A DNA stretch of 64,000 bases, taken from an uncultured virus (IMG/VR IMGVR_UViG_3300009159_000038) (lineage: Duplodnaviria; Heunggongvirae; Uroviricota; Caudoviricetes). Numbering within the stretch: position 1 is the first letter of the stretch; each line of letters starts with the position of its first letter. Made by a program: the position numbers and the translations under genes. The DNA lies in IMG/VR virus record IMGVR_UViG_3300009159_000038, positions 62,001 to 126,000 of that record; one strand, written 5' to 3'. The notes under the pieces are model-generated. The model was not told where the DNA came from and ran no database searches. It worked only from the letters and a program-made list of their open reading frames with translations. This document shows positions 1 to 8,419 of the stretch, one piece after another.

Positions 1-337
1 AAGAAGATTTCGTCAAGCTCTATCACCAGAGATGTTAATTGATAGAAACTTCACCGTCACATTTCAGCTGTTAGACGGAAATGTTAATTATTGGATATTA
101 TTAGAAACATTCTTTCATTATTATAGCTTTGATAATCGTAATCCATATACATTTGATGTTCCTATTGGTATATTTGATGCTGAAGGAAATAAGATGTACT
201 CATCAATATTCAAAGATTGTTTGTTTACCGGAATGAATCAATTCACACTTTCTTATTCAGAATTAACTCCTGAATTTAGAACCTTCGAAGCTACATTTGC
301 ATTTAATGAGATAAAATTAGAATTTGAAACTCAATAA
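1..337 (+). CDS. Tail-tube-fold structural protein (gp3/gp19-like), 5'-truncated by the window edge
   Basis: Frame is open from base 2 (RRFRQALSPEMLIDR...). The pattern VTF.L.....NY..L ... F..C...G....LSY......F.ATF.F resembles T4-like tail tube/terminator proteins. Confidence 0.45.
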   Translation, partial: RRFRQALSPEMLIDRNFTVTFQLLDGNVNYWILLETFFHYYSFDNRNPYTFDVPIGIFDAEGNKMYSSIFKDCLFTGMNQFTLSYSELTPEFRTFEATFAFNEIKLEFETQ

Positions 338-338
338 A

Positions 339-977
339 ATGAAATTTTACAAATATCATGAATTTCTAAATGAGGCATCTATTGCATCGGTGATTGATAG
401 AATAGGAAATGAAGAGAATATTCAAATTGAAAATATGGATGATTATGTTAATCATTTCATAAATATAGGCGCAAAAAGGATTGCCGGCGGTTCATCTGCT
501 GAAATACTCGAATACCAAGGTGGAGTTATCAAGATATATGCTCCTATCAATGATCCAGGAATGACTAGATATTTAGCATTTTGTTTATCTAATAAAACGA
601 ATTCATATACTCCTAAAATAGAAAAAATTCTAAAGGTTTGGGCCAATGAAGAAAGATGGATATTTGCAGTATTCATGGAAAATCTAGAAAAACCAAGTGG
701 AGATTTTACCAATGAATTAAACATGTATTTAGAAACTCAATTAAAGGGATATCGTTTCGGTAATAATAAAGAGGATACCAACTTTTTTGAAGGTTTAAAA
801 TCTATTATAATTAAATATTCAAAAGATTCAGATAAAAAATCTTTAAACGATATAATTGCATTCCTTAATGGATCAATTGACAAATATCGATATCAGGTAG
901 ATTTTGGTCCTCAGAATTGGATGATGCGAAGAGGTCAATTAGTTTTAATTGATCCATTTTGGCCAAGTATGGAATAG
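339..977 (+). CDS. Protein kinase-like protein (T7 gp0.7-type fold) with capsid-targeting-like leader
   Basis: Gly loop IAGGSSA, VIK lysine, ..FMENL hinge, catalytic-loop-like DFGPQNWM and LVLIDP. N-terminus MKFYKYHEFLNE; ATG at 339 preferred over the track start at 324. Confidence 0.6.
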   Translation: MKFYKYHEFLNEASIASVIDRIGNEENIQIENMDDYVNHFINIGAKRIAGGSSAEILEYQGGVIKIYAPINDPGMTRYLAFCLSNKTNSYTPKIEKILKVWANEERWIFAVFMENLEKPSGDFTNELNMYLETQLKGYRFGNNKEDTNFFEGLKSIIIKYSKDSDKKSLNDIIAFLNGSIDKYRYQVDFGPQNWMMRRGQLVLIDPFWPSME

Positions 978-1014
978 GATTGAATATATAAATTAATATA
1001 AAAACAACAAACTA

Positions 1015-1320
1015 ATGAATATCATTCCAACATTTGATGGATTTATTAACGAAGGAAAGATTTCCATCGGAAAAATGAATTTTTTTGTACGAGTTTTTAA
1101 CGATGCAAAAGGACTATACGTACAATTTATACCGGATGGCAAGACTTTAGATAAATTTTCTAAGAATGACATGGTAGAAAATATAAAAGATAAACTAGAT
1201 TCAGCAATGCCTCAATTTGCAAGTGCTCTTTGGTTCGCAATTGACAATCAAGCCACAGGAGTAATTTTCAGATTAGACCCATATAAATTAGAAGAAATAA
1301 TTACAAAAGCTATTAAATAA
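1015..1320 (+). CDS. Hypothetical protein, putative internal head protein
   Basis: Leader MNIIPTFDGFINE; late-promoter motif at 983. Confidence 0.6.
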   Translation: MNIIPTFDGFINEGKISIGKMNFFVRVFNDAKGLYVQFIPDGKTLDKFSKNDMVENIKDKLDSAMPQFASALWFAIDNQATGVIFRLDPYKLEEIITKAIK

Positions 1321-1685
1321 TGAAAACATTCAAAGAATATCTTATTGAAAGTAATACTTTCTCTGAAGAAGAAATCAAAGCACTTAATGAAAATCTTAAG
1401 TCTGAATTAACTGAAGCTGAAGAAGCTAAAATCGATAAAGCTATCAAAGAATTTTGTAGTCAATATCTTGATAAAAACAAGAATATAAAAGAATTTAATG
1501 AAGAGCTTACAAATGAAGGTTTTCTAGGATCTATCCTAGGAGGTCTTACCGGTTTTGCTCTAGGATCTTCGATCGGTAAAATTATTGCAAATGTACTAGG
1601 TATTGAGAGAGGCGTAATTTACGATTTACTAACAAGTAGACTTGTTGGAGCTGCATTAGGTGCTGCATTAGGAAAACGTGTATGA
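1320..1685 (+). CDS. Putative internal head protein with glycine-zipper C-terminus
   Basis: Leader MKTFKEYLIE; C-terminal GFLGSILGGLTGFALG...LVGAALGAALG. Confidence 0.6.
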   Translation: MKTFKEYLIESNTFSEEEIKALNENLKSELTEAEEAKIDKAIKEFCSQYLDKNKNIKEFNEELTNEGFLGSILGGLTGFALGSSIGKIIANVLGIERGVIYDLLTSRLVGAALGAALGKRV

Positions 1686-2299
1686 TAATAGGAATTGATT
1701 TCTCAATTAACAGTACAGCCGTATCTATAAACGAAGGAGGTAACCTCACTCTATTTTCATTCGTTCCAAATTTTCAATCAGGTAAAGCCGCATTCAGAAC
1801 ACATGATGCAATACGAGAAATTGTCACGGTTGTTAGCTATAATAAAGAACCTAATACTAAAGATAGTTTAGAAGATCAAAGAATTAAGATTCGTAATGCT
1901 AACGAATTATCCGATCAAATAATATCTCACATTAGACCTTATTTAGAAGAAGCAGAATTTATCAATATAGAAGGTTTCTCATTTGGATCTAAAGGAAATT
2001 CTTTCATCGATCTAATATCATACAATACATTTTTAAAAGTAAAACTGCTACAAATTGTAGGAGAGAAGATTTGGGTTATCCCTCCAAAATCTATTAAGAA
2101 GCTATATACAGGAAATGGCAATGCTTCAAAATGTATGATGGTTAATCGTTTCATGATGGATTCTTCTCCTCTTCGAGATAAAATCACCGAACTTGAATTT
2201 ATTCAAGAAGGAGAATACGCTATCCCTAAACCGATTGACGATATTGTTGATGCCGTAGCTCTTTCTCGATTAAACCCGAGTACACAATCCATCATATAA
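1682..2299 (+). CDS. RuvC-like (RNase H fold) nuclease / Holliday junction resolvase
   Basis: IIGIDFS, INIEGFSFG and DDIVDA acidic catalytic motifs; GNGNASK motif. Confidence 0.75.
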   Translation: MIIGIDFSINSTAVSINEGGNLTLFSFVPNFQSGKAAFRTHDAIREIVTVVSYNKEPNTKDSLEDQRIKIRNANELSDQIISHIRPYLEEAEFINIEGFSFGSKGNSFIDLISYNTFLKVKLLQIVGEKIWVIPPKSIKKLYTGNGNASKCMMVNRFMMDSSPLRDKITELEFIQEGEYAIPKPIDDIVDAVALSRLNPSTQSII

Positions 2300-2320
2300 G
2301 TAGTTAAAGACTGTAATTTC

Positions 2321-4150
2321 ATGAAAGTTAATATTATAACTAGGCTCACTCGACCTGAATACCTTAAAGAGGTTTGGAAATCTATAGAAGATTCTCGAGT
2401 AGATAACATCCAGATAAATTGGCATGTTATCATTGACATATTAGGTAATTTCTCAATATCCTCAGAACTTCTTAGGTTTATTGAGAGTAAAACTACCTCG
2501 ATCATTATGGAAAAAGGTGAACCAAACACTTTTGGATATAGCCTAATCAATAATCTAATTGATACTTTACCCGATGATGAATGGATATACATTCTTGACG
2601 ATGATAATGCAATACATCCTGAATTTTTCAAAATCGTACAAGAAAGAGTTAACCTTCCCGGAATCTGGGCATTCAATCAATTAGTCGAAGGAAAAGACTT
2701 TACGAAATTACATATCAGAGAAGCCACTCTCGATAATATGAGATGGCAAGGAGTAGATGTTGGCCAACTACTTATTCATAAAGGAACAATGAATCCACAT
2801 CGTTTTCATGCTCATTATAGTGGAGATGGATATTTCATCAATGCCATCAAGGCAGAAAAACCCGAGATATTTCATTTCATTAATGAAACCCTTACTAATT
2901 ACAATTATTTTCAGAAGAAGAAGCTCAATAGAAAACTTCCAAGAATTCTATTAATACACGATAAAGATGTTGAGTTAATATCCAACAATCCACCTTATTT
3001 TGAATGTGAAGAACTTACAGTTAAAAGAATAGAGAAATATGATGAATCGGTCGTTTCTGAATTTAATCCAGATTGTATTTTATCGATTGGCGGTGAATGG
3101 AAAGATTATCCTGAGCTAGCTAATTCATCATTTGACTTTAAACAAAGGTGGTTGCATTTCGAAGAGTACTCACCAGAAATAGGAGAAGATGCCTATCAAT
3201 GTGCAACTGCCTATATTCTAAATAGACAAACCACTCAACCGCTTTTAAGTATTATTACTCCAATATACAATACTGGAGATAAGCTAAGAAGAACTTATAA
3301 ATCAATCAAAGAACAAACTTACACGAATTGGGAATGGGTTATTGTTGACGATTCGACAGATGAATATACCTCTAATCTTGCAAAAGAAATCGAGAAAGAT
3401 GATTCGAGAGTAACTGTCTATCGAATACTTCCAATTAGTGGTGGAATTATTGGTGAAGCCAAATATCGTGCATTCATGCTTTCTCGAGGAGAAATTCTTA
3501 TGGAAATGGATCATGATGATGAGCTACATCCAGAAGCAAATGAATATATTATTAAGGCTTATAATCGATATCCAGATGCCGGTTTCTATTATTCAGATTG
3601 TATAGAGATTAACGAAAAACACGAATCTTTAACTTATGGACCTGATGGAACATGGGCTTTAGGTTATGGTAAATATTATGATTATCATCATAATGGAAGA
3701 GATTACAAATCCGTAGATCAACCTAATATTAATCCTCTTACTATTCGCCACATTGTGGCTGTTCCAAATCACTTTCGTGCTTGGCGAAGAGATGTTTATC
3801 TTTCAGTTGGATCTCATAATAGAAGATTATCCATAGCTGATGATTATGAGTTAATCGTTAGAACATTCCTACAAACTCGAATGGTTCACATTCCAAAACC
3901 TCTCTACTTCCAATATTATCATGGAGGAAATTCTCAAGATGATGGTAATGCAAGAGCCGATATTCAAAGAAGAGTAAGATCTATTTCAGTTTTCTATAAC
4001 TGGGATATCAGAAACAGATTCCGTCAATTAGGCGTAGAAGATTGGGCATTCGTTGATTCTAATTGGCCTTGGTACGAATCACCAAAATTCGGTGAGGAAG
4101 AGAAGTATGTTAATTATCTTTTAGATATTAATGAGAATGAAGGAGAATGA
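2321..4150 (+). CDS. Double-domain GT2 family glycosyltransferase
   Basis: N-domain WIYILDDDN. C-domain LSIITPIYN, WEWVIVDDS, EMDHDDEL, ADDYEL. Confidence 0.85.
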   Translation: MKVNIITRLTRPEYLKEVWKSIEDSRVDNIQINWHVIIDILGNFSISSELLRFIESKTTSIIMEKGEPNTFGYSLINNLIDTLPDDEWIYILDDDNAIHPEFFKIVQERVNLPGIWAFNQLVEGKDFTKLHIREATLDNMRWQGVDVGQLLIHKGTMNPHRFHAHYSGDGYFINAIKAEKPEIFHFINETLTNYNYFQKKKLNRKLPRILLIHDKDVELISNNPPYFECEELTVKRIEKYDESVVSEFNPDCILSIGGEWKDYPELANSSFDFKQRWLHFEEYSPEIGEDAYQCATAYILNRQTTQPLLSIITPIYNTGDKLRRTYKSIKEQTYTNWEWVIVDDSTDEYTSNLAKEIEKDDSRVTVYRILPISGGIIGEAKYRAFMLSRGEILMEMDHDDELHPEANEYIIKAYNRYPDAGFYYSDCIEINEKHESLTYGPDGTWALGYGKYYDYHHNGRDYKSVDQPNINPLTIRHIVAVPNHFRAWRRDVYLSVGSHNRRLSIADDYELIVRTFLQTRMVHIPKPLYFQYYHGGNSQDDGNARADIQRRVRSISVFYNWDIRNRFRQLGVEDWAFVDSNWPWYESPKFGEEEKYVNYLLDINENEGE

Positions 4151-4259
4151 AGGAGATTAACCTAACTAGTAAATACTAGTACTGCCTGAAGAACTATATT
4201 ATTTCCTCGATCACCTTAGATAAAGGTTATATGACAATTAGATAGGGGCAGATTCAGTA
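4142..4259. repeat. Copy 1 of a non-coding 92-bp (extended 118-bp) dispersed repeat
   Basis: 4142-4233 matches 63573-63664 at 91/92 nt. After 15 divergent nt, CAGATTCAGTA recurs in both copies. Confidence 0.95.
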
Positions 4260-4297
4260 TTGATATATAAACTGAATAAAATTAAATTTAGCTTCTA

Positions 4298-5164
4298 ATG
4301 GCAAATAGTAGAGCATTCGCATATAACCCGACTCTCGTGAGTGTAGCCGGAGCAACCAATTATGGATATCTATGTGTTGGATATCCGTCAGTTTCCTATG
4401 AATCTACTGGATTAACTTGGTGGGGTGGACCTAGTGAAGGTAAAGGTTATGTGATTGCTGCTGCTCTTCCAGGTGCTACTCAACCAACATCAGATCCAAA
4501 TCGCCCTTTTGCCTCCGTGCAATTTTGGGGTACTGAAGTTCTTGTTGGTCCAACTAGTAATAATGCATTTCTTACATTAGCAAATTCTATAGGATCCACC
4601 ACATTCACAACGGTCACTAATGCAACGAATTGGTTAACTGCTAATGGATACTGGACTTCATATTTACCTTATGTTGCTGGATTATATAAGACAACATATA
4701 GTGGATATTTTGCTGACAATGTTAGTTTCTTTGCAACGGCAACTCCTGCTTCAGTAGGAAATAATCCGGCAACATCTGTACAAACAACCTCTATATTTGA
4801 ACCGGCTACTGATGATGGAACTAATTTCAGTTGTCAATGGTTGGGATATTTCAAACCAACAACCACCGAAACCTACACATTTTTCACGTCATCCGATGAT
4901 GCATCGTATGTTTGGGTTGGAAGTAATGCACAAACCGGATTTACTACCGGAAATGCAACGGTTAATAATGGAGGTGCTCATGGACCCACTGAAAGATCTG
5001 GTTCTATAGCTTTAACCGCTGGAGTTTATTATCCAATCCGAATACAATTTGGCGAACAAGGTGGAGGAGATGTAATGACATTTAATTACTCAACTCCAAC
5101 TATTACTAAAACAACAAACGTAACCGGATTAGTTTTCTATAATTCAACAACTAACAATTTCTAA
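4298..5164 (+). CDS. Virion/fibre-like protein with C-terminal PA14 domain
   Basis: NFSCQWLGYFKP..TETYTFFTSSDDASYVWV...LTAGVYYPIRIQFGEQGGGD is a PA14/GLEYA signature; Thr/Gly-rich. Confidence 0.75.
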   Translation: MANSRAFAYNPTLVSVAGATNYGYLCVGYPSVSYESTGLTWWGGPSEGKGYVIAAALPGATQPTSDPNRPFASVQFWGTEVLVGPTSNNAFLTLANSIGSTTFTTVTNATNWLTANGYWTSYLPYVAGLYKTTYSGYFADNVSFFATATPASVGNNPATSVQTTSIFEPATDDGTNFSCQWLGYFKPTTTETYTFFTSSDDASYVWVGSNAQTGFTTGNATVNNGGAHGPTERSGSIALTAGVYYPIRIQFGEQGGGDVMTFNYSTPTITKTTNVTGLVFYNSTTNNF

Positions 5165-5168
5165 TTAA

Positions 5169-6446
5169 ATGGCAACCACTAGAACTTTCGCATATAATGT
5201 TGGTGCTACCGTTTCCGGTACTCAAAAGATGGGATCTATTGCAATAGGAAGACCTACTTCAGGATTCTTTGCAACCGGATTAACCTGGAGAGGTGGTCCT
5301 GATGAAGATCTTGGATATATTATTGCATATACTGCAACTCCTCCGAGAACTGCCGGAGGCAATACTATATCTATTTCGGTAAATGACATTGGATATAAAA
5401 GATCGATTGCTAAGACTGATCAATCATTTATAAATTTGGCTAATCAAATTGGTGCTACATCTTTTGCATCCGCAATTGCTGCAAAAACCTGGTTAAATAC
5501 AAACGGATACTGGACAAATTGGATACCAATAATTGATTCAGGATTAGTTCTGTATTTAGATGCAGGCTTAACTGCAAGTTATCCTCGTACTGGAACTACT
5601 TGGATTGATTTATCTGCATCTGGTAATATTGCAACTTTAGTTAACGGACCAACATTTAGTAGTACGAATGAGGGAAATTTTATATTTGATGGAGTAAATG
5701 ATTATTGTTCAACCTCTCTAGTAAAAACTTTTACATCCATGACAATACAGGTTTGGTTTCGTGGAGATGGTGCTAATCAAAATGGAACATATGGTTTTGC
5801 AGGAGTAGTAGCAAATAGAACTTCTCCGGCAGATGCAACTGGATTACTATTAAATAACAATAATAATAAATCATTAGGGTATAGTTGGAATGGTGTAACA
5901 AATACATGGAGTTGGAATTCTGGATTAGTATTAGATTATTATGGATGGCATTTTTTATCATTAACCGTAACACCAACATTAGCAACCGCATTTTTGAATG
6001 GAGCTACTGCTACTAACGTGGTTAATCACGCATCAACATCAATAACAAGTTTAGCAATAGGTAAAGATTATGTTACTGAACGATATGTTACTGGAGGCAT
6101 AGCCTCCGTATCCGTTTATGATAGAGCTCTATCTAACGCAGAAGTTCTCCAAAATTACAATGCAACTAAGGATAGGTTTGCCAATGCAACTATCGGTTAT
6201 ACCGTGTATAACGGTTGTAATGCTGCTTCTGCGGTAATTTGGGTTGCATCTGCTGGACTTACTGTTGGTAAAACTGTTTATGCGGATTCTAATTTAACTA
6301 CACTATATGCTAGCCAAACATTTTCTCAAAATGTCTGGCCAGATGATCCTGACTATTCCGCTGACGGAATAGTAACTAATAGTTCTGGAATAATTACTTC
6401 AATTACGCAAACAATAGGCGGCTGTAATGTACAAACCTATTGTTAA
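5169..6446 (+). CDS. Virion/fibre-like protein with LamG (concanavalin A-like) domain
   Basis: GLVLYLDAG..SYP.TGTTWIDLS..GN.ATL.NGPTF...FDG.NDY...YDRALS..EV.QNYNA. N-terminal ~115 aa is paralogous to the upstream gene. Confidence 0.8.
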   Translation: MATTRTFAYNVGATVSGTQKMGSIAIGRPTSGFFATGLTWRGGPDEDLGYIIAYTATPPRTAGGNTISISVNDIGYKRSIAKTDQSFINLANQIGATSFASAIAAKTWLNTNGYWTNWIPIIDSGLVLYLDAGLTASYPRTGTTWIDLSASGNIATLVNGPTFSSTNEGNFIFDGVNDYCSTSLVKTFTSMTIQVWFRGDGANQNGTYGFAGVVANRTSPADATGLLLNNNNNKSLGYSWNGVTNTWSWNSGLVLDYYGWHFLSLTVTPTLATAFLNGATATNVVNHASTSITSLAIGKDYVTERYVTGGIASVSVYDRALSNAEVLQNYNATKDRFANATIGYTVYNGCNAASAVIWVASAGLTVGKTVYADSNLTTLYASQTFSQNVWPDDPDYSADGIVTNSSGIITSITQTIGGCNVQTYC

Positions 6447-6470
6447 ACGATTAAATATAAAATAAAACTT

Positions 6471-6737
6471 ATGCAAGAGTATAAAAACCGAAAATTTATG
6501 ATTTTTAATGTATCGGAATTATCCCAAATCAATTTTGAAGAAGTGTTAGAATCTTCAATTGATACTTCAAGAAAAAGCATAGATGGAACAAAAACTTTTG
6601 TGAAGTGGGAAGGTGAAATCCCAGAATGTGTTAATAATTTAACAACTAAACATGGTCCATATACATACGAAGAAATAATTCCAATTTTATCCGCTTCCGA
6701 ATGGACATCAAATGAACAAACCGAGGTTACTATATAA
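6471..6737 (+). CDS. Hypothetical protein
   Basis: Clean ORF with typical codon usage; follows the fibre-like genes. Confidence 0.6.
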   Translation: MQEYKNRKFMIFNVSELSQINFEEVLESSIDTSRKSIDGTKTFVKWEGEIPECVNNLTTKHGPYTYEEIIPILSASEWTSNEQTEVTI

Positions 6738-6740
6738 TTT

Positions 6741-7412
6741 ATGATAATACATAGACCATATACCACTAGAGGAAACGTAAAAGCTGATTGGATTAATTCA
6801 TATAGAACATTTAGTTTTCCAAATTATTATGATCCTAATTATATGAATTTTAGTGATCTCCAAACTATCAATGATGATAGAGTTCAGCCAGGTGGTCATG
6901 TTCCTTTACATGAACATAAGAATATGGAAATATTTGGTTATGTTGTTGAAGGTACTTGTAGACACACCGATAGTCACGGTAAATCTTTAGATATACCATC
7001 AGGTTCCGTTCAAAGAATGAGTACCGGTTTAGGTATAAAACATACTGAAGGGAATGCTTCAGATAAACCAAATAGATATTTACAACTTTGGATAAGACCA
7101 AACGAACTTAATACGGAATCTTATCACGAATGGCATCAATTCACTAGAGAAGATAAATTAAATAAATTTTGTGATATAACAGAAAAATTGCCAATCAAAC
7201 AAGATGCTAAATTATTAGCAGGTATATTTACTGAAGATTTTAAATTTGAAATTAAAAGCAACCGAAAATATTATTTATATGTGGTAAATGGTTCAATTAA
7301 CGTAAATGGTTTAGATATTATTGAAGGAGATGGTTTAAGTTATATTGAAGAAGAATCAATAAATATCTCTCCAAAAGAAGAATCTGAAATTATAGTATTT
7401 GATTTAAGATAA
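6741..7412 (+). CDS. Pirin family (YhhW-like) bicupin protein
   Basis: SYRTFSF.NYYDP, INDDRV, H.H.NMEI..YV.EG...H.DS.G, VQRMSTG.GI.HTE.N, LQLWI.P. Confidence 0.92.
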   Translation: MIIHRPYTTRGNVKADWINSYRTFSFPNYYDPNYMNFSDLQTINDDRVQPGGHVPLHEHKNMEIFGYVVEGTCRHTDSHGKSLDIPSGSVQRMSTGLGIKHTEGNASDKPNRYLQLWIRPNELNTESYHEWHQFTREDKLNKFCDITEKLPIKQDAKLLAGIFTEDFKFEIKSNRKYYLYVVNGSINVNGLDIIEGDGLSYIEEESINISPKEESEIIVFDLR

Positions 7413-7435
7413 AAAACATATAAGATAAATATATT

Positions 7436-8044
7436 ATGAAACATATACAAAGCTTCGACGATTTCTTAAATGAAGAAGAGAAGAAACCTAGAGTAGGTCA
7501 TACTGTAAAAAGAGGACATTACAAATCAGATCCACCCGATATTGGTCTTTATTCTAAAGGAGGAAGAGACGCAATTAAAGGAACTGGATATGCCAACAAA
7601 GAAAAGGCAGAATTTACGGTAAAAGAGTTAGATAAACTTATGGACAAAGGTGAAAACGTTTGGGCTATGTCAATTGCAACTACTATGGAATCTCGAGCTA
7701 AAAAACATCCTCATCAATCAGATGGAATGCGAGATGCCATGAAGATATTTCGTGAATGGATTGATAAAAATAAGAAAAGTGAAGGTGTTGAAGAAGCTGA
7801 AAGTAAAACTCTATTTTCTCCGGGTAAAGATGATGCAGTAAAAGGAACCGGTTATAAAGATGCAGAAGCGGCAAACAAAACAATCACCATCATTAATAAA
7901 TTAAATAAAACCGATCATAGTCACGCAATGGCAATTGCTACGACTATGGAGAATCGAGCTAAAACCCATAAATTTAGCACACCTGATATGAAAGCTGCTG
8001 CCAAGATATTTAGAGAATGGATTGATAAAAATAGAACTACATAA
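7436..8044 (+). CDS. Putative internal head protein made of two tandem ~75-aa domains
   Basis: Leader MKHIQSFDDFLNE; duplicated DA.KGTGY...AM.IATTME.RAK.H...KIFREWIDKN. Confidence 0.7.
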   Translation: MKHIQSFDDFLNEEEKKPRVGHTVKRGHYKSDPPDIGLYSKGGRDAIKGTGYANKEKAEFTVKELDKLMDKGENVWAMSIATTMESRAKKHPHQSDGMRDAMKIFREWIDKNKKSEGVEEAESKTLFSPGKDDAVKGTGYKDAEAANKTITIINKLNKTDHSHAMAIATTMENRAKTHKFSTPDMKAAAKIFREWIDKNRTT

Positions 8045-8229
8045 TGAATAATGCCTGGCTATATAACAGAAACCGAATAATGCGTCAACGATCAGATGAG
8101 CAATTACTTCAACAAATGACAAATGCTCAACCAATTGATTTGCCTTTAGAGCAAACGATGTTACTTTTGTTAAATGACGATATCACAACCGTTACATCAA
8201 TAGGAACCGGTTTAACTGGTCCTGCATAA
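8044..8229 (+). CDS. Small hypothetical protein
   Basis: Overlapping TAATG junction with the upstream gene. Confidence 0.5.
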   Translation: MNNAWLYNRNRIMRQRSDEQLLQQMTNAQPIDLPLEQTMLLLLNDDITTVTSIGTGLTGPA

Positions 8230-8301
8230 TTTTTTGAAACCGAAATCTCATTTGAAGTGAGATACATATAATAATTATAACATCTAAAAAATGTTATAAC
8301 C

Positions 8302-8419
8302 AAGTAAGTAGAACAAGCTTAGATTAGGTGAAACTAATTTAATCCGGAGTAAGTAAGTGAATCTAAGATTTAAGTAAGTTCATATTAAATAAACAACGTA
8401 AATAAAAAAGTAAGTAAAC
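8302..8419 (+). promoter_or_regulatory. Long leader of the SSB gene with four AAGTAAGT repeats and a hairpin; candidate translational operator
   Basis: AAGTAAGT at 8302, 8351, 8372 and 8408; CTTAGATT (8318-8325) is complementary to AATCTAAG (8360-8367). Confidence 0.5.

Noticed and set aside
4185..4192. CTGAAGA in the dispersed repeat resembles the hammerhead CUGANGA core
   Set aside because: No matching GAAA and stem II/III arrangement on either side.
5848..5870. AAT/AAC trinucleotide run
   Set aside because: Encodes a short poly-Asn within the LamG domain; no sign of phase variation.
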